Shown piece by piece: positions 54,248-63,287 of a stretch of DNA of 64,000 bases. Below the pieces are notes generated by a model, which was not told where the DNA came from, made no database searches, and worked only from the letters and a program-made list of their open reading frames with translations. The position numbers and the translations under genes were made by a program. The stretch is from a virus, in IMG/VR virus record IMGVR_UViG_3300036791_001907, positions 97,482 through 161,481 of that record. One strand, written 5' to 3'. Within the stretch, counting starts at the first letter, position 1, and every line of letters starts with the position of its first letter.

Positions 54248-55534
54248 TTGTCCATTCCCAGACGTCCCAAGTTCAGCGCATTTCCGGTGCTGACATCGGT
54301 CAGCGATGCCCGCTGGGCAGCGCTCGCCGGATTGCTCGCAGTAGCCTTCCGACCGCCCAGCCGCCAGAGCGACTCATTCGCCGAACACGGGCTCACCCCG
54401 CTGTCCGGACCAACGATGTTCGTCATGCGGTGGCAGCACACGCTGCGGACTGATGCGAAGAAACCACAGCGGTCGATCATCCTGTTGACGTTGAAGTTCG
54501 CGTTCGACGTCAACAGTGGTCAGGTTTACGCGGACGCCAAGCAGAATGCGGAGTGCAGTCCGGCTGTCTTTGATTGTGCCTTGCCGCGGAGTACCTGGGG
54601 CATGCATCGCCACCATCTTGATCCCCTCCAGAACAAGACGGCGGCCGATCTGGCGATCGCCATGGCACGGGAAGCCAACCGGGCCGTCGAGGCCGGGGTT
54701 CCGGTTCCGCATCAGCCGACCCTGCCTGAGTTCTACATGGCCTTTCCGCAGGCGCAGCGACCCAGCTTCGAGCGGAGTTACTGGGTCCATCGGGAGGCGC
54801 TGGTCGCGCTGGGCAAGGCAACGGACGACATCACCGACGTCGAGCTGGAGTCGTTCTTCTGGCAGCAGTGCGTCGAGGCCGACGGCTACATTTACGTGCC
54901 CCAGCGCTATCTGGCGCACCAGGGCGACTATCCGGTGCATCCGGTCGATGGCAGTCTCCGGCCCACCGATGATGGGGCGCCGGGGCGGTGGCAGGGGCTC
55001 TGGTACTTCGGTGACGGCCGCTGGAACCCGGCGGCGCAGCGTCCCTATCGCGTCTACGCCAGCATGGCCAATGTGCTTGGCCGGTCCTACCGCAACCCGG
55101 CCTTCACGGTCCTGAAGGCCAACAGTTTCTTCCCGGCGGACATGACCTATCCGCAGTTCGAGGCTGCCGCCGAAACCGAGATCGGCGTGCTCCACCGCAA
55201 GCTCGTCGATGCGCTCGAGGCCAACGTGACGATCACCGAGGTGTTGCTGGCGATGATGCGCCAGATGCTGGGGCGGCTCAGCGAGCTGGCCACGGATGAC
55301 GATCTGCTGCATGCCCTCGATGAACCCCATCGACCCATGATCCTGTCGTTCGCGACCGGCGTGCGGATGGTACGCTACAGTAGTCCGCCGCGGCCCGAGG
55401 CGCTGACCTGGCAATTCCCCGGCGGCCATGTTGACCTCTATTCCACCAGGCGGGTCTGGGCCAGTCGGGTTGCGCCGGTCGTGGAGTCTCCGGGAGGCAG
55501 TCATGGCCGTGCACCTACTCCAGTTGCCGACTGA
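54248..55534 (+). CDS. hypothetical protein (428 aa)
   Basis: GGGAGG RBS before TTG; long ORF. Confidence 0.7.
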   Translation: MSIPRRPKFSAFPVLTSVSDARWAALAGLLAVAFRPPSRQSDSFAEHGLTPLSGPTMFVMRWQHTLRTDAKKPQRSIILLTLKFAFDVNSGQVYADAKQNAECSPAVFDCALPRSTWGMHRHHLDPLQNKTAADLAIAMAREANRAVEAGVPVPHQPTLPEFYMAFPQAQRPSFERSYWVHREALVALGKATDDITDVELESFFWQQCVEADGYIYVPQRYLAHQGDYPVHPVDGSLRPTDDGAPGRWQGLWYFGDGRWNPAAQRPYRVYASMANVLGRSYRNPAFTVLKANSFFPADMTYPQFEAAAETEIGVLHRKLVDALEANVTITEVLLAMMRQMLGRLSELATDDDLLHALDEPHRPMILSFATGVRMVRYSSPPRPEALTWQFPGGHVDLYSTRRVWASRVAPVVESPGGSHGRAPTPVAD

Positions 55535-55808
55535 GCCGGCGGAATGGGCATCCCGGCATGCGATCGGCAAGGTCCACATCGCGCCGCAGTGGCCCGAGAG
55601 CACGCGGTTCGCGCTGATCGCGGTGGTGCGCAATCCCGGTGCGCGCGATCGCGCTCAGACGCGGGCTCTCTGGGTCACCACGGCCGAGGAGATGGACCGG
55701 CTCCTGACCAACCACAAGTGCCGCATCCTCTGGTTCACTGTGGCGCGGCACCAGATCGCAAGTGACATGATCGAACGGACTCTGAGTGGCGAGGAGCGTG
55801 TCACATGA
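55503..55808 (+). CDS. hypothetical protein
   Basis: GGAGG RBS. Confidence 0.6.
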   Translation: MAVHLLQLPTEPAEWASRHAIGKVHIAPQWPESTRFALIAVVRNPGARDRAQTRALWVTTAEEMDRLLTNHKCRILWFTVARHQIASDMIERTLSGEERVT

Positions 55809-56224
55809 ATGAGGATGTACGTATCCCGTCGCCCAGTCCCGAGGGCGACGATCCGACCGTGGCGGAACGAAAGCGGCTGTTGCCAATTGTCAACCGGCCG
55901 GCGCAGGACGCGATGATGGCCGCCGGCGCGCAGATCCGGGAAGCCGTGGAAGCTACCGGCAAGATCGAGTTCACCGATGAGGAGGTGGCGGAGCTGCGCC
56001 GCCAGCGTGACGACGAGGCCACGCGGCAGCTGCGCGCGCAGCTTGCCGCAACGCACGGCGAGGATAATGTCTTCGATATCAGTCAGCTCTCACAGCAGTT
56101 CGATGTGATCGGCTTCGCGGCTCCGATCGTGGTGGTGACGCGGCTGGCGGATGGCCAGAAAGGATCGCTCTACTTCACGCACCATCCCCGGCTCTACTAC
56201 GGGTTCGAGCCGCACCAGCCGTGA
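55805..56224 (+). CDS. hypothetical phage protein
   Basis: FDVIGFAAP.VVV.R..DGQKGSL.F.H.PR.YYGF motif. Confidence 0.7.
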   Translation: MNEDVRIPSPSPEGDDPTVAERKRLLPIVNRPAQDAMMAAGAQIREAVEATGKIEFTDEEVAELRRQRDDEATRQLRAQLAATHGEDNVFDISQLSQQFDVIGFAAPIVVVTRLADGQKGSLYFTHHPRLYYGFEPHQP

Positions 56225-56257
56225 GTTGTTTCTGGTTCCGGCGTCAGCCGGGCCCAC

Positions 56258-56287
56258 GAGGCCGGGATACCCCGGCCTCTTTTTTTT
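56258..56287 (+). terminator. intrinsic terminator ending the accessory-gene block
   Basis: GAGGCCGGG-ATAC-CCCGGCCTC followed by T8 and AGCT. Confidence 0.9.
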
Positions 56288-56348
56288 AGCTATTGTCCGG
56301 TATAGTGGCTGGGAACACTGGCAGCTTGCGCGCCGGGAGGCGACGTCC

Positions 56349-57320
56349 ATGGGCCTTTCGCTCCATCCATTCATCGATAAGGCGGGGCAGCAGCCACCGG
56401 TACCCGCAGGGTATCGGCGCCCGGAAGATGTCGAATTCGAGGACGGCAGCACCCTGGCCCGCTACATGCCGGGGACGGCCGGCGATAAGCGGATGCGCGG
56501 GGTCGTGATCCCCCATGCCAAGCCGCTGGGCGGATCGCGGGCCTACGATCCCAACAAGCCGCCGCACCGCCGCGTCCATATCGATCCCCACATCGAGGGC
56601 CAGTCGGTCGTCGTGGATCTGGAACAGATCACGCCGGACATCGCCGAGGAGGCCATCACCTTGGGCCAGGAATACGCCGACAAGCATGCCGACGAGCTCG
56701 AGGCCATCGAACATCTCCGGTTGCGTGGCGCCGCGGCACTGCATCTGATCGGCGCTTCTCAGCGCGCCCAGGCCAGTACGCCGCCGCCACCGCCTCAGCC
56801 TGGGACCGGCCAGGTCATCACGATCCCCCAGGCCGGCGTTCCACCGCCGCTCGCGTCGGCGCCGCCGGCTGCCGCGGCTGCTCCGCGGGCCATCAAGGCC
56901 GCCAGTTTCAATGGATCGACCACCGTGGCTCAGTCCGCTGCTGCCGCACCCCGGGGCGGTCTCCTGGATGCCTATCAGAAGCCGCGCGCCCAGCCGATCG
57001 AGGTGGCACCATCAGCAACAGCCGTGAGTCCGCCGGCCCAGAAGGTGACGTTCGGCGTACCCGGCTTCGGCCTGCACGAGGCGTACTATCACCGGGTCAT
57101 CATTCACGACCAGCAGTTCATCCTGGTTTACGACGAGCGGTACCAGGGGGGCGGCAAGTTCCTACCCCAGATCGACGGTCCCTTTGCCGCCCGTGTCGAG
57201 GGCGATCCGGTCGACTACAAGCTGGTCTGGCCCGATCAGTCGTTCACCGATCCCGACACCGGCCGGACCTACTTTAGCCTCCTGATCGAGGAGCGCGTGG
57301 CGCAGGAGAGCGAACCATGA
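56349..57320 (+). CDS. hypothetical protein with Pro/Ala linker, first gene of presumed late block
   Basis: GGGAGG RBS; TATAGT upstream. Confidence 0.7.
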   Translation: MGLSLHPFIDKAGQQPPVPAGYRRPEDVEFEDGSTLARYMPGTAGDKRMRGVVIPHAKPLGGSRAYDPNKPPHRRVHIDPHIEGQSVVVDLEQITPDIAEEAITLGQEYADKHADELEAIEHLRLRGAAALHLIGASQRAQASTPPPPPQPGTGQVITIPQAGVPPPLASAPPAAAAAPRAIKAASFNGSTTVAQSAAAAPRGGLLDAYQKPRAQPIEVAPSATAVSPPAQKVTFGVPGFGLHEAYYHRVIIHDQQFILVYDERYQGGGKFLPQIDGPFAARVEGDPVDYKLVWPDQSFTDPDTGRTYFSLLIEERVAQESEP

Positions 57321-57730
57321 TCCCGGGGCGGCGCAGTCTGCTCAAGCTGCTGGGGTTCGGCTGGTTATTGCCTGTGGCGGCACCGGCAGCCGATGTTGTA
57401 CCCAATTCGCCCCAGGAGCGCACCTTCGGTGGCCTGAAGCGGGCGATCACCATCAGCATTCCCGCTGATCCAACGCCGTACTGGCCCAAGATGATCATCG
57501 AGGATAGTTTCGGGTCCACAATCGAGCTGGTCACAAGCCTGGAACTGACCCTCAACGCCGCAGACATGCTCTTCCACGGCCACATCACGCGCATTGCCCA
57601 GGACAGGGTTCTCTGGGACGATCGCGGTCTCGCGCTGGGTTTCACTCAGGACGGCGAACTGAAGTACGTGCGCGAGCCGGTGGTTGTCACGCGGTTTGAG
57701 GTCTTGCCCCCTTCTGACCCACGGAGTTAG
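57317..57730 (+). CDS. hypothetical protein with twin-arginine-like N-terminus
   Basis: GRRSLLKLLG.. hydrophobic stretch ..APA. Confidence 0.6.
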   Translation: MIPGRRSLLKLLGFGWLLPVAAPAADVVPNSPQERTFGGLKRAITISIPADPTPYWPKMIIEDSFGSTIELVTSLELTLNAADMLFHGHITRIAQDRVLWDDRGLALGFTQDGELKYVREPVVVTRFEVLPPSDPRS

Positions 57731-57734
57731 CACC

Positions 57735-57911
57735 ATGGAAAAGAATGCCGCGATCGGGCCCAGTACACCCGATCTCGAGACCACTCCGGCGGGCCAGAAA
57801 CAGGCCGCCGAGCGCGCCCGGAAGAAGACCCGGGAAGAGCTGGACCAGCAGGATCCGCGCAAGCGCGGGGCCGATGCGGTCAGAAGCCGGTTGCAGGACG
57901 AGACAAAGTAG
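57735..57911 (+). CDS. small hypothetical protein (58 aa)
   Basis: GGAG RBS. Confidence 0.55.
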   Translation: MEKNAAIGPSTPDLETTPAGQKQAAERARKKTREELDQQDPRKRGADAVRSRLQDETK

Positions 57912-57992
57912 CTTGTTACGCAAAGTGGCCCGCGACGCATACTTGTGAGGCGTGCGCCGCGGGCCGAAGGCAACCTGTTAGGGAGGCTGCCA

Positions 57993-58517
57993 ATGATCCA
58001 GGATAGCGAGCAGTGGCGGGTTATTCCATCGTTTCCGGTCTATGAGGCGAGCACGTACGGGAACCTCCGGCGGATCGTACCCGCCACGTCGAAGAAGTTC
58101 GGCAAGTGCTGCAAAACTTTTAGCTGCAACGGTTATCGTGCCTTGAAGTTGTACATGGGAGGCAAACGATACGATAAGTACGTCCATCAACTTGTTGCAG
58201 AAGCTTTTCATGGTCCGATCCCTGACGGACATTTCACCGATCACAAGGATACGGATAAATGGAACAACCAGCCGGGCAATCTTACGTACATTACCCGGAA
58301 AGAGAGTTGCCAGCAGGGAAACCAGATGGCGATGCTCGGAGACATGAAACGAGGCGAAGACCATCACACGGCGGTTTTCACGGTCAGGATCGTCCGGCAA
58401 ATACGCAGACTTCGGGAGCACGGCTGGTCATACGCAGAGCTGGGAAGGAAGTTCGGCAAGGATCATTCGCACATCAGGCAGATCTGCACCAGGCATATTT
58501 GGGCTCACGTGAAGTAA
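57993..58517 (+). CDS. NUMOD4-HNH homing endonuclease with C-terminal HTH
   Basis: EQWRVIP...YEASTYG.LR, VHQLVAEAF, DHKD..KWNN...NL, RGEDH..A...V.QIR; visibly lower GC. Confidence 0.9.
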   Translation: MIQDSEQWRVIPSFPVYEASTYGNLRRIVPATSKKFGKCCKTFSCNGYRALKLYMGGKRYDKYVHQLVAEAFHGPIPDGHFTDHKDTDKWNNQPGNLTYITRKESCQQGNQMAMLGDMKRGEDHHTAVFTVRIVRQIRRLREHGWSYAELGRKFGKDHSHIRQICTRHIWAHVK

Positions 58518-58545
58518 AAACCCACCCTAAGTCAAGGATGACGCA

Positions 58546-60516
58546 ATGAGCCTTTCTGTTAGCGACAACAAGCTCTTCGCATCAGGGAATTTTGCGATGC
58601 GGGGCAGCGAACATTTTCCAGATCCATTTTGCGACATGGCCAGTACGGTAATGCCCGAGCACCCTCGGGACATCATGTACTGGTGCGAATTCCTGATGTC
58701 GAAGATGGGGGTCTACCGCGAGGCGATGCGGCGGATCGTCTCCTACTTCATCACCGACCTGGAGGTCACTGCACAGGATGCGAGCCGCGACGAGAAGGAC
58801 AAGTTCCGGGACTTTCTCGAGCAAACGATCGACTACAAGAGCGTCCTGAACTATGTCGCGACCGACTACGCGACCTACGGCAACAGTTTCACGAGCCTGG
58901 TGATCCCGTTTCGCCGCTACCTGAGCTGTCCGCGGTGTTACACCGAGTGGCCGCTGCGCAAGGTCTACAATACTCCTGAGTTCAAGTTTCAGTGGCAGGA
59001 CTTCGACTTTCATGCGCAGTGCCCCAACTCCGAATGCAACTACAATGGCGCCTGGCACCACATTGATCGCCGCAGCGGCGAGGAAGCGGACATCCATGTC
59101 AAGCGATGGGATCCCCACTACATGGAGATCCTCTATGACACCCTGACTGATGATACCTCTTACATCTGGAAGATCCCCGAGGACTACCGCCAGGACATCC
59201 GCCGCGGCAAGCTGTTCCACCTCGAGCGGGCCAACTGGGAGGTGATCCAGGCGGTCAAGAACAACAAGGCGCTCCAGTTCGACCAGGACATCATCTACCA
59301 CATGAAGGATGATGCCCTGGCGGGTGTCAGGAACAAGGGCTGGGGCATTTCCAAGGTCCTCTCGAACTTCGGCCAGGCCTGGTACGTCCAGGTCCTCCAC
59401 CGCTACAACGAGGCCATTGCCCTGGACTACGTGATCCCGTTCCGGGTGATCATGCCCGCGTCCAAGGGCGGTGCGGCCGACCCAGCGTCGCAGGACCCGG
59501 TCCTGGGCGCCAACATGGGGACTTTTGTCTCGCGCGTGAACCGGATGATCGCGCGGCGGCGGCGCGACCCGGCCACCTGGAACGTGATCCCCTTCCCGCT
59601 CGAGTACAAGGCCCTGGGAGGTGATGCCAACCAGCTGGCGCCCAAGGATCTGCTCGATCAGGGTATTGACCACCTGCTCAATGCGGCCGGCATCCCGGCC
59701 GACATGTACAAGGGCACCCTGACCATGTCCGCGGCGCCGCCGGCCCTGCGCCTTTTTGAGAGCTACTGGGCGCCCTTGACACATAACATGAATGGGTTTC
59801 TGGGGTGGCTGGTTGAGGCGATCGCCAAGACCCTGAACTGGGAGCCGGTCACGGCCCGCCTGATGAAGGTGACCCACGCCGATGACATGAACCGCCAGGC
59901 CGCCAAGCTTCAGCTGATGATGGCCAAGCAGATCTCGCAGACCACCGGGCTGCGGTCGGTGGGCATGGACTTCGAGGACGAGCAGAAGCAGCTGCTGGAG
60001 GAGGAGAAGTTCGTCTCGGATGAAACCCAGAAGATGCAGGAGGAGATGGCCGATGAAGCCCAGATGCAACAGGCGGTCCAGGGTGCCGCTGCGGGTGCTG
60101 CCGGTGCCGGCGGCGCCGCCCCTGGCGGTGCGGCCCCAGCCGGCGCCGCCGCTGCGGGAGCTGTACCACAGAACGGTGCGCCTGCTGGCGGCGGCGGCGG
60201 AGGTCCCGCCGGCAGCGGCGCCAACACGCCGGTTACGCCCCAGGAGCTGATGCAGAAGGCCGAACAGATCGCGGGTCAGATGCAGGCGCTGCCCGACAGT
60301 CAGCGGCAGAGCGAGATGATCACGCTCAAGAAGACTGACCCCACCTTGCACGCGCTCGTCAAGTCCCGCATGGACGACCAGAAACAGCAGGCCCAGTTGC
60401 AGGGAGGACAGCAGGTACTGGCGCAGCAATACGGCAAGCAAGGTGCGGCGGCGCCGCTGCCCGTGCCGTCAGGGCTGATGCTGCGACGGCCACGGATCCG
60501 GCCAGTTGATACCTGA
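58546..60516 (+). CDS. probable portal protein with Zn-ribbon insert and low-complexity C-terminal tail
   Basis: Size; D..TYGNSF, IYH......GWG motifs and helical C-half typical of portals; CPRC...CPNSEC. Confidence 0.65.
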   Translation: MSLSVSDNKLFASGNFAMRGSEHFPDPFCDMASTVMPEHPRDIMYWCEFLMSKMGVYREAMRRIVSYFITDLEVTAQDASRDEKDKFRDFLEQTIDYKSVLNYVATDYATYGNSFTSLVIPFRRYLSCPRCYTEWPLRKVYNTPEFKFQWQDFDFHAQCPNSECNYNGAWHHIDRRSGEEADIHVKRWDPHYMEILYDTLTDDTSYIWKIPEDYRQDIRRGKLFHLERANWEVIQAVKNNKALQFDQDIIYHMKDDALAGVRNKGWGISKVLSNFGQAWYVQVLHRYNEAIALDYVIPFRVIMPASKGGAADPASQDPVLGANMGTFVSRVNRMIARRRRDPATWNVIPFPLEYKALGGDANQLAPKDLLDQGIDHLLNAAGIPADMYKGTLTMSAAPPALRLFESYWAPLTHNMNGFLGWLVEAIAKTLNWEPVTARLMKVTHADDMNRQAAKLQLMMAKQISQTTGLRSVGMDFEDEQKQLLEEEKFVSDETQKMQEEMADEAQMQQAVQGAAAGAAGAGGAAPGGAAPAGAAAAGAVPQNGAPAGGGGGGPAGSGANTPVTPQELMQKAEQIAGQMQALPDSQRQSEMITLKKTDPTLHALVKSRMDDQKQQAQLQGGQQVLAQQYGKQGAAAPLPVPSGLMLRRPRIRPVDT

Positions 60517-60529
60517 GCCGGGGTGGTGC

Positions 60530-61534
60530 ATGAATGTCGGTATCTATACCCGATGGCAGCGTCGGGACTCGACCTATGCGGCCATCCAGGTCGCCGATCT
60601 CCTGAGCCAGTGGCAGCATGACGTCGCGATCTTGACCCCGACACCCACGAAGCCGCCGGTGAGCAGCTTCTGGGACGCACGGGTTGCGCGCGACGCGCTG
60701 GTCCGCTTCACCGACTGGGCCGAGTCGCGCGCTCTGGTGATCTGGACATTCTGTCCGGATCCGGCACAGCTGAACTGGATTGTCCGGGCCGGCAAGCGCG
60801 CCATCGTGGTGCCGGACTGGGCCGACCTGCACCTGATCGATGAGGTCAGCGCTCTGTGCTGGCGGATCTATGCGCCGACCCTGCACTGGGCGCGCGTGCT
60901 CGAGGGCCGCGGCGCGCGCAATGTCGTGCTCTGTCCCTGGAGTCCCGTGCTTCCCATCACGATACGGACCCTGGTTCCGCCGGTCCGGGTCTACGTGCCG
61001 CCGGTGGATCGTCCCGGCGAGGATGACGAGCTGGCCGTCGATGTCGTCGAGGGATTGCTTGCGCTTGACCGCGCGGTCGTGGCCACGGTCTCGATCGACG
61101 GCCGCCGCGGCGCCCTGGCCAAGCGGCTCGACCGGCTGGCGCACATCGAGCCCCGGCTGACTCTTGATCGGCCGCTCGACTATCATCATCAGATCCTCCG
61201 TTACGGCGATCATTCACTGACCTTGCTCTCGGCGGTTGTGGAGAACTTCGCCATTCCGGCGCTCTGCTCGTTCCACATGGGCACGCCGGTCATCGGGTTC
61301 AACGCGCCCACGCTTGCCGAGGCGGCCAGTCCCCAGAATGCGGTCCTGGTCGACTGCGGCGCCGCCCCCGCGGCGGTCGACTGCCGCGATCTCCTGGAAG
61401 CGCTCATGGTCCTGGTGGAGCCATCCCGGTTATCGCAGCTGTTCTCCGGATGCGCGGCCGGGCTGGCGCAGCGGCGGCTCGGCTTCGAGTCCGCCTGGCG
61501 CGCCGCGGTCTCGCGCACAGTGTGGCGGCGCTGA
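60530..61534 (+). CDS. GT-B (GT4-like) glycosyltransferase
   Basis: ENFAIPALCSFHMGTPVIGF resembles the E-x7-E motif region (second Glu replaced). Confidence 0.6.
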   Translation: MNVGIYTRWQRRDSTYAAIQVADLLSQWQHDVAILTPTPTKPPVSSFWDARVARDALVRFTDWAESRALVIWTFCPDPAQLNWIVRAGKRAIVVPDWADLHLIDEVSALCWRIYAPTLHWARVLEGRGARNVVLCPWSPVLPITIRTLVPPVRVYVPPVDRPGEDDELAVDVVEGLLALDRAVVATVSIDGRRGALAKRLDRLAHIEPRLTLDRPLDYHHQILRYGDHSLTLLSAVVENFAIPALCSFHMGTPVIGFNAPTLAEAASPQNAVLVDCGAAPAAVDCRDLLEALMVLVEPSRLSQLFSGCAAGLAQRRLGFESAWRAAVSRTVWRR

Positions 61535-61614
61535 TCGTGGCGGTTAGAATGTTGACGTCGTCGGACAGCCTGGCGACTTTTCAGGAGCACGTGCGCCCGC
61601 GAGGAGAATGCACC

Positions 61615-62457
61615 ATGGCGGATATCGCCGAACCACCGGGATCACTCACGCTGAGTGAGGTCTATGAGTTTGATGCCCGGGGCTACATCACGATCCCCAC
61701 GTTCATTTCGGCCACCGAGGTCGCGCGGTTGAATGACCTCATCGACGCGCACCACCGCGCGCACAACGTCACGCCGGCGACCTTCCCGCTGCTGCCGGTC
61801 CATCAGGTGTTCTGGGACCTGATGACCCACCCCAAGATCGTCGACATCGCCAAATACTGGTGCGGCGACCAGTTCCGGGTCGATCACATCTACGGGTTCC
61901 AGCAGCCGCCGGCCGGCACGCCCGGCGATACCGGCGAGAACCTTCATGGCGGGCCGTGGGCCAACCAGGGCATGTTCCAGTACCACTGGTACGGCGGCAA
62001 GAGCCGGGTGGGCCTGCTGGTCTTCACGATCGTCCTGGAGTCCGTGGGTCCCGGCGAGGGGGGCCTGATGATCGTCCCGGGGAGCCACAAGAGCAACGTG
62101 CCGCTGGAAGGCCGCGAGGTCTGGACCCAGGTGGTGAAGCAGTCCCACGCCAACATGCTCACCGTGCAGCCGGTCCTGAATGCGGGCGATCTGATGATCT
62201 TCACCGAGAGCCTGGTGCACGGGACGTCGCGCTGGAAGAATTCCCAGCGGCGGCGCCGCAACCTGTATTACAAGTACTGTCCCGGGCATGTCTCCTGGCG
62301 CGACTACGCCGAGTTCGCCGGCCCCATGCGGCAGCTGGCCAGGACCGATCTTCAGCGGTCGCTGCTGCGGCCGGCCTACGTGGGCCGCTACAAGGAGGAC
62401 GAGGCCACGATGTATCCGCCCAACTACTGGCGGCCCCCGACGGGAACCCAGGAATGA
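61615..62457 (+). CDS. PhyH-family Fe(II)/2-oxoglutarate oxygenase with HxG
   Basis: FDARGY, LHGG, GGLMIVPGSHK, AGDLMIFTESLVHG, RRNL. Confidence 0.88.
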   Translation: MADIAEPPGSLTLSEVYEFDARGYITIPTFISATEVARLNDLIDAHHRAHNVTPATFPLLPVHQVFWDLMTHPKIVDIAKYWCGDQFRVDHIYGFQQPPAGTPGDTGENLHGGPWANQGMFQYHWYGGKSRVGLLVFTIVLESVGPGEGGLMIVPGSHKSNVPLEGREVWTQVVKQSHANMLTVQPVLNAGDLMIFTESLVHGTSRWKNSQRRRRNLYYKYCPGHVSWRDYAEFAGPMRQLARTDLQRSLLRPAYVGRYKEDEATMYPPNYWRPPTGTQE

Positions 62458-63287
62458 AACCGCTTTTTGCGCTGGCGCGGATCCTCGGCAATGAGCTGCC
62501 GCCGCGCGATCTGCCTGGAGGGCGCTATGCGGCGCTCACGGCGCTATTGCGGGAACCGCCGCTGAGCGGCGTCATCAAGTTCTGGATCCTCAACCGCGTC
62601 TGGGATCCCAGGTTGCGCGCCGCTTATCGCGAGCGGCTGGCCGATCAGGGTGACATCTACGAGATCCCGTTTGAACCGGAGCAGTACTTCGCGGCAGCGC
62701 ACCGGGGCGAACGGCTGCGCTACTGTCCCGGGATCAATTCGGCCCGCAACACAGGCTTGCGGCTTGCTTTCGAGCAGTACAACGCCCGGTTTGCCGCGGT
62801 CTTCGACGGCGACTGCGGCTGCACGCAAGGCCAGTGGGAGGAGATCCTGGCGGAGATCCTCGGCGATGCCATCGACGGTCGTGTCATGCCGGCTTATTCC
62901 GTGCCCATCATCCGGATCGGTTATGTCGCCTGGGACGAGGCCTTGACGGGACGACCGCAGCGCCACGATCCGCGGGGCGAACCGCAACTGATCGTCGCGC
63001 GGCGGGGCTGGGAAGAGCATGGCATTTGCTATGACGAGACACTGGCCTTCGGCGACGGCGACAAGGTCGAGCTGCTGGTGCGCCTCGGCCACCATGGCGG
63101 ACTGGATCGCCAGAACGAGATCGCCACGCCGGGTATGGCCCGGAATATTGGCACATGCTGTCACATCAACACGGGCGCCAGCAGCGTCGAGGATGGTGGC
63201 ATCCGGGGGCGCTGGCCGGCTCGCGCCGCATCCCTGGCGCAGCTTCACGATGACATCGTGCAGTATTACCAGGGGGCATCCCTATGA
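62454..63287 (+). CDS. glycosyltransferase-like protein (GT-A)
   Basis: RILGNELPPR, WILNR, INSARN, VFDGDC (DxD), EPQ. Confidence 0.6.
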   Translation: MKPLFALARILGNELPPRDLPGGRYAALTALLREPPLSGVIKFWILNRVWDPRLRAAYRERLADQGDIYEIPFEPEQYFAAAHRGERLRYCPGINSARNTGLRLAFEQYNARFAAVFDGDCGCTQGQWEEILAEILGDAIDGRVMPAYSVPIIRIGYVAWDEALTGRPQRHDPRGEPQLIVARRGWEEHGICYDETLAFGDGDKVELLVRLGHHGGLDRQNEIATPGMARNIGTCCHINTGASSVEDGGIRGRWPARAASLAQLHDDIVQYYQGASL

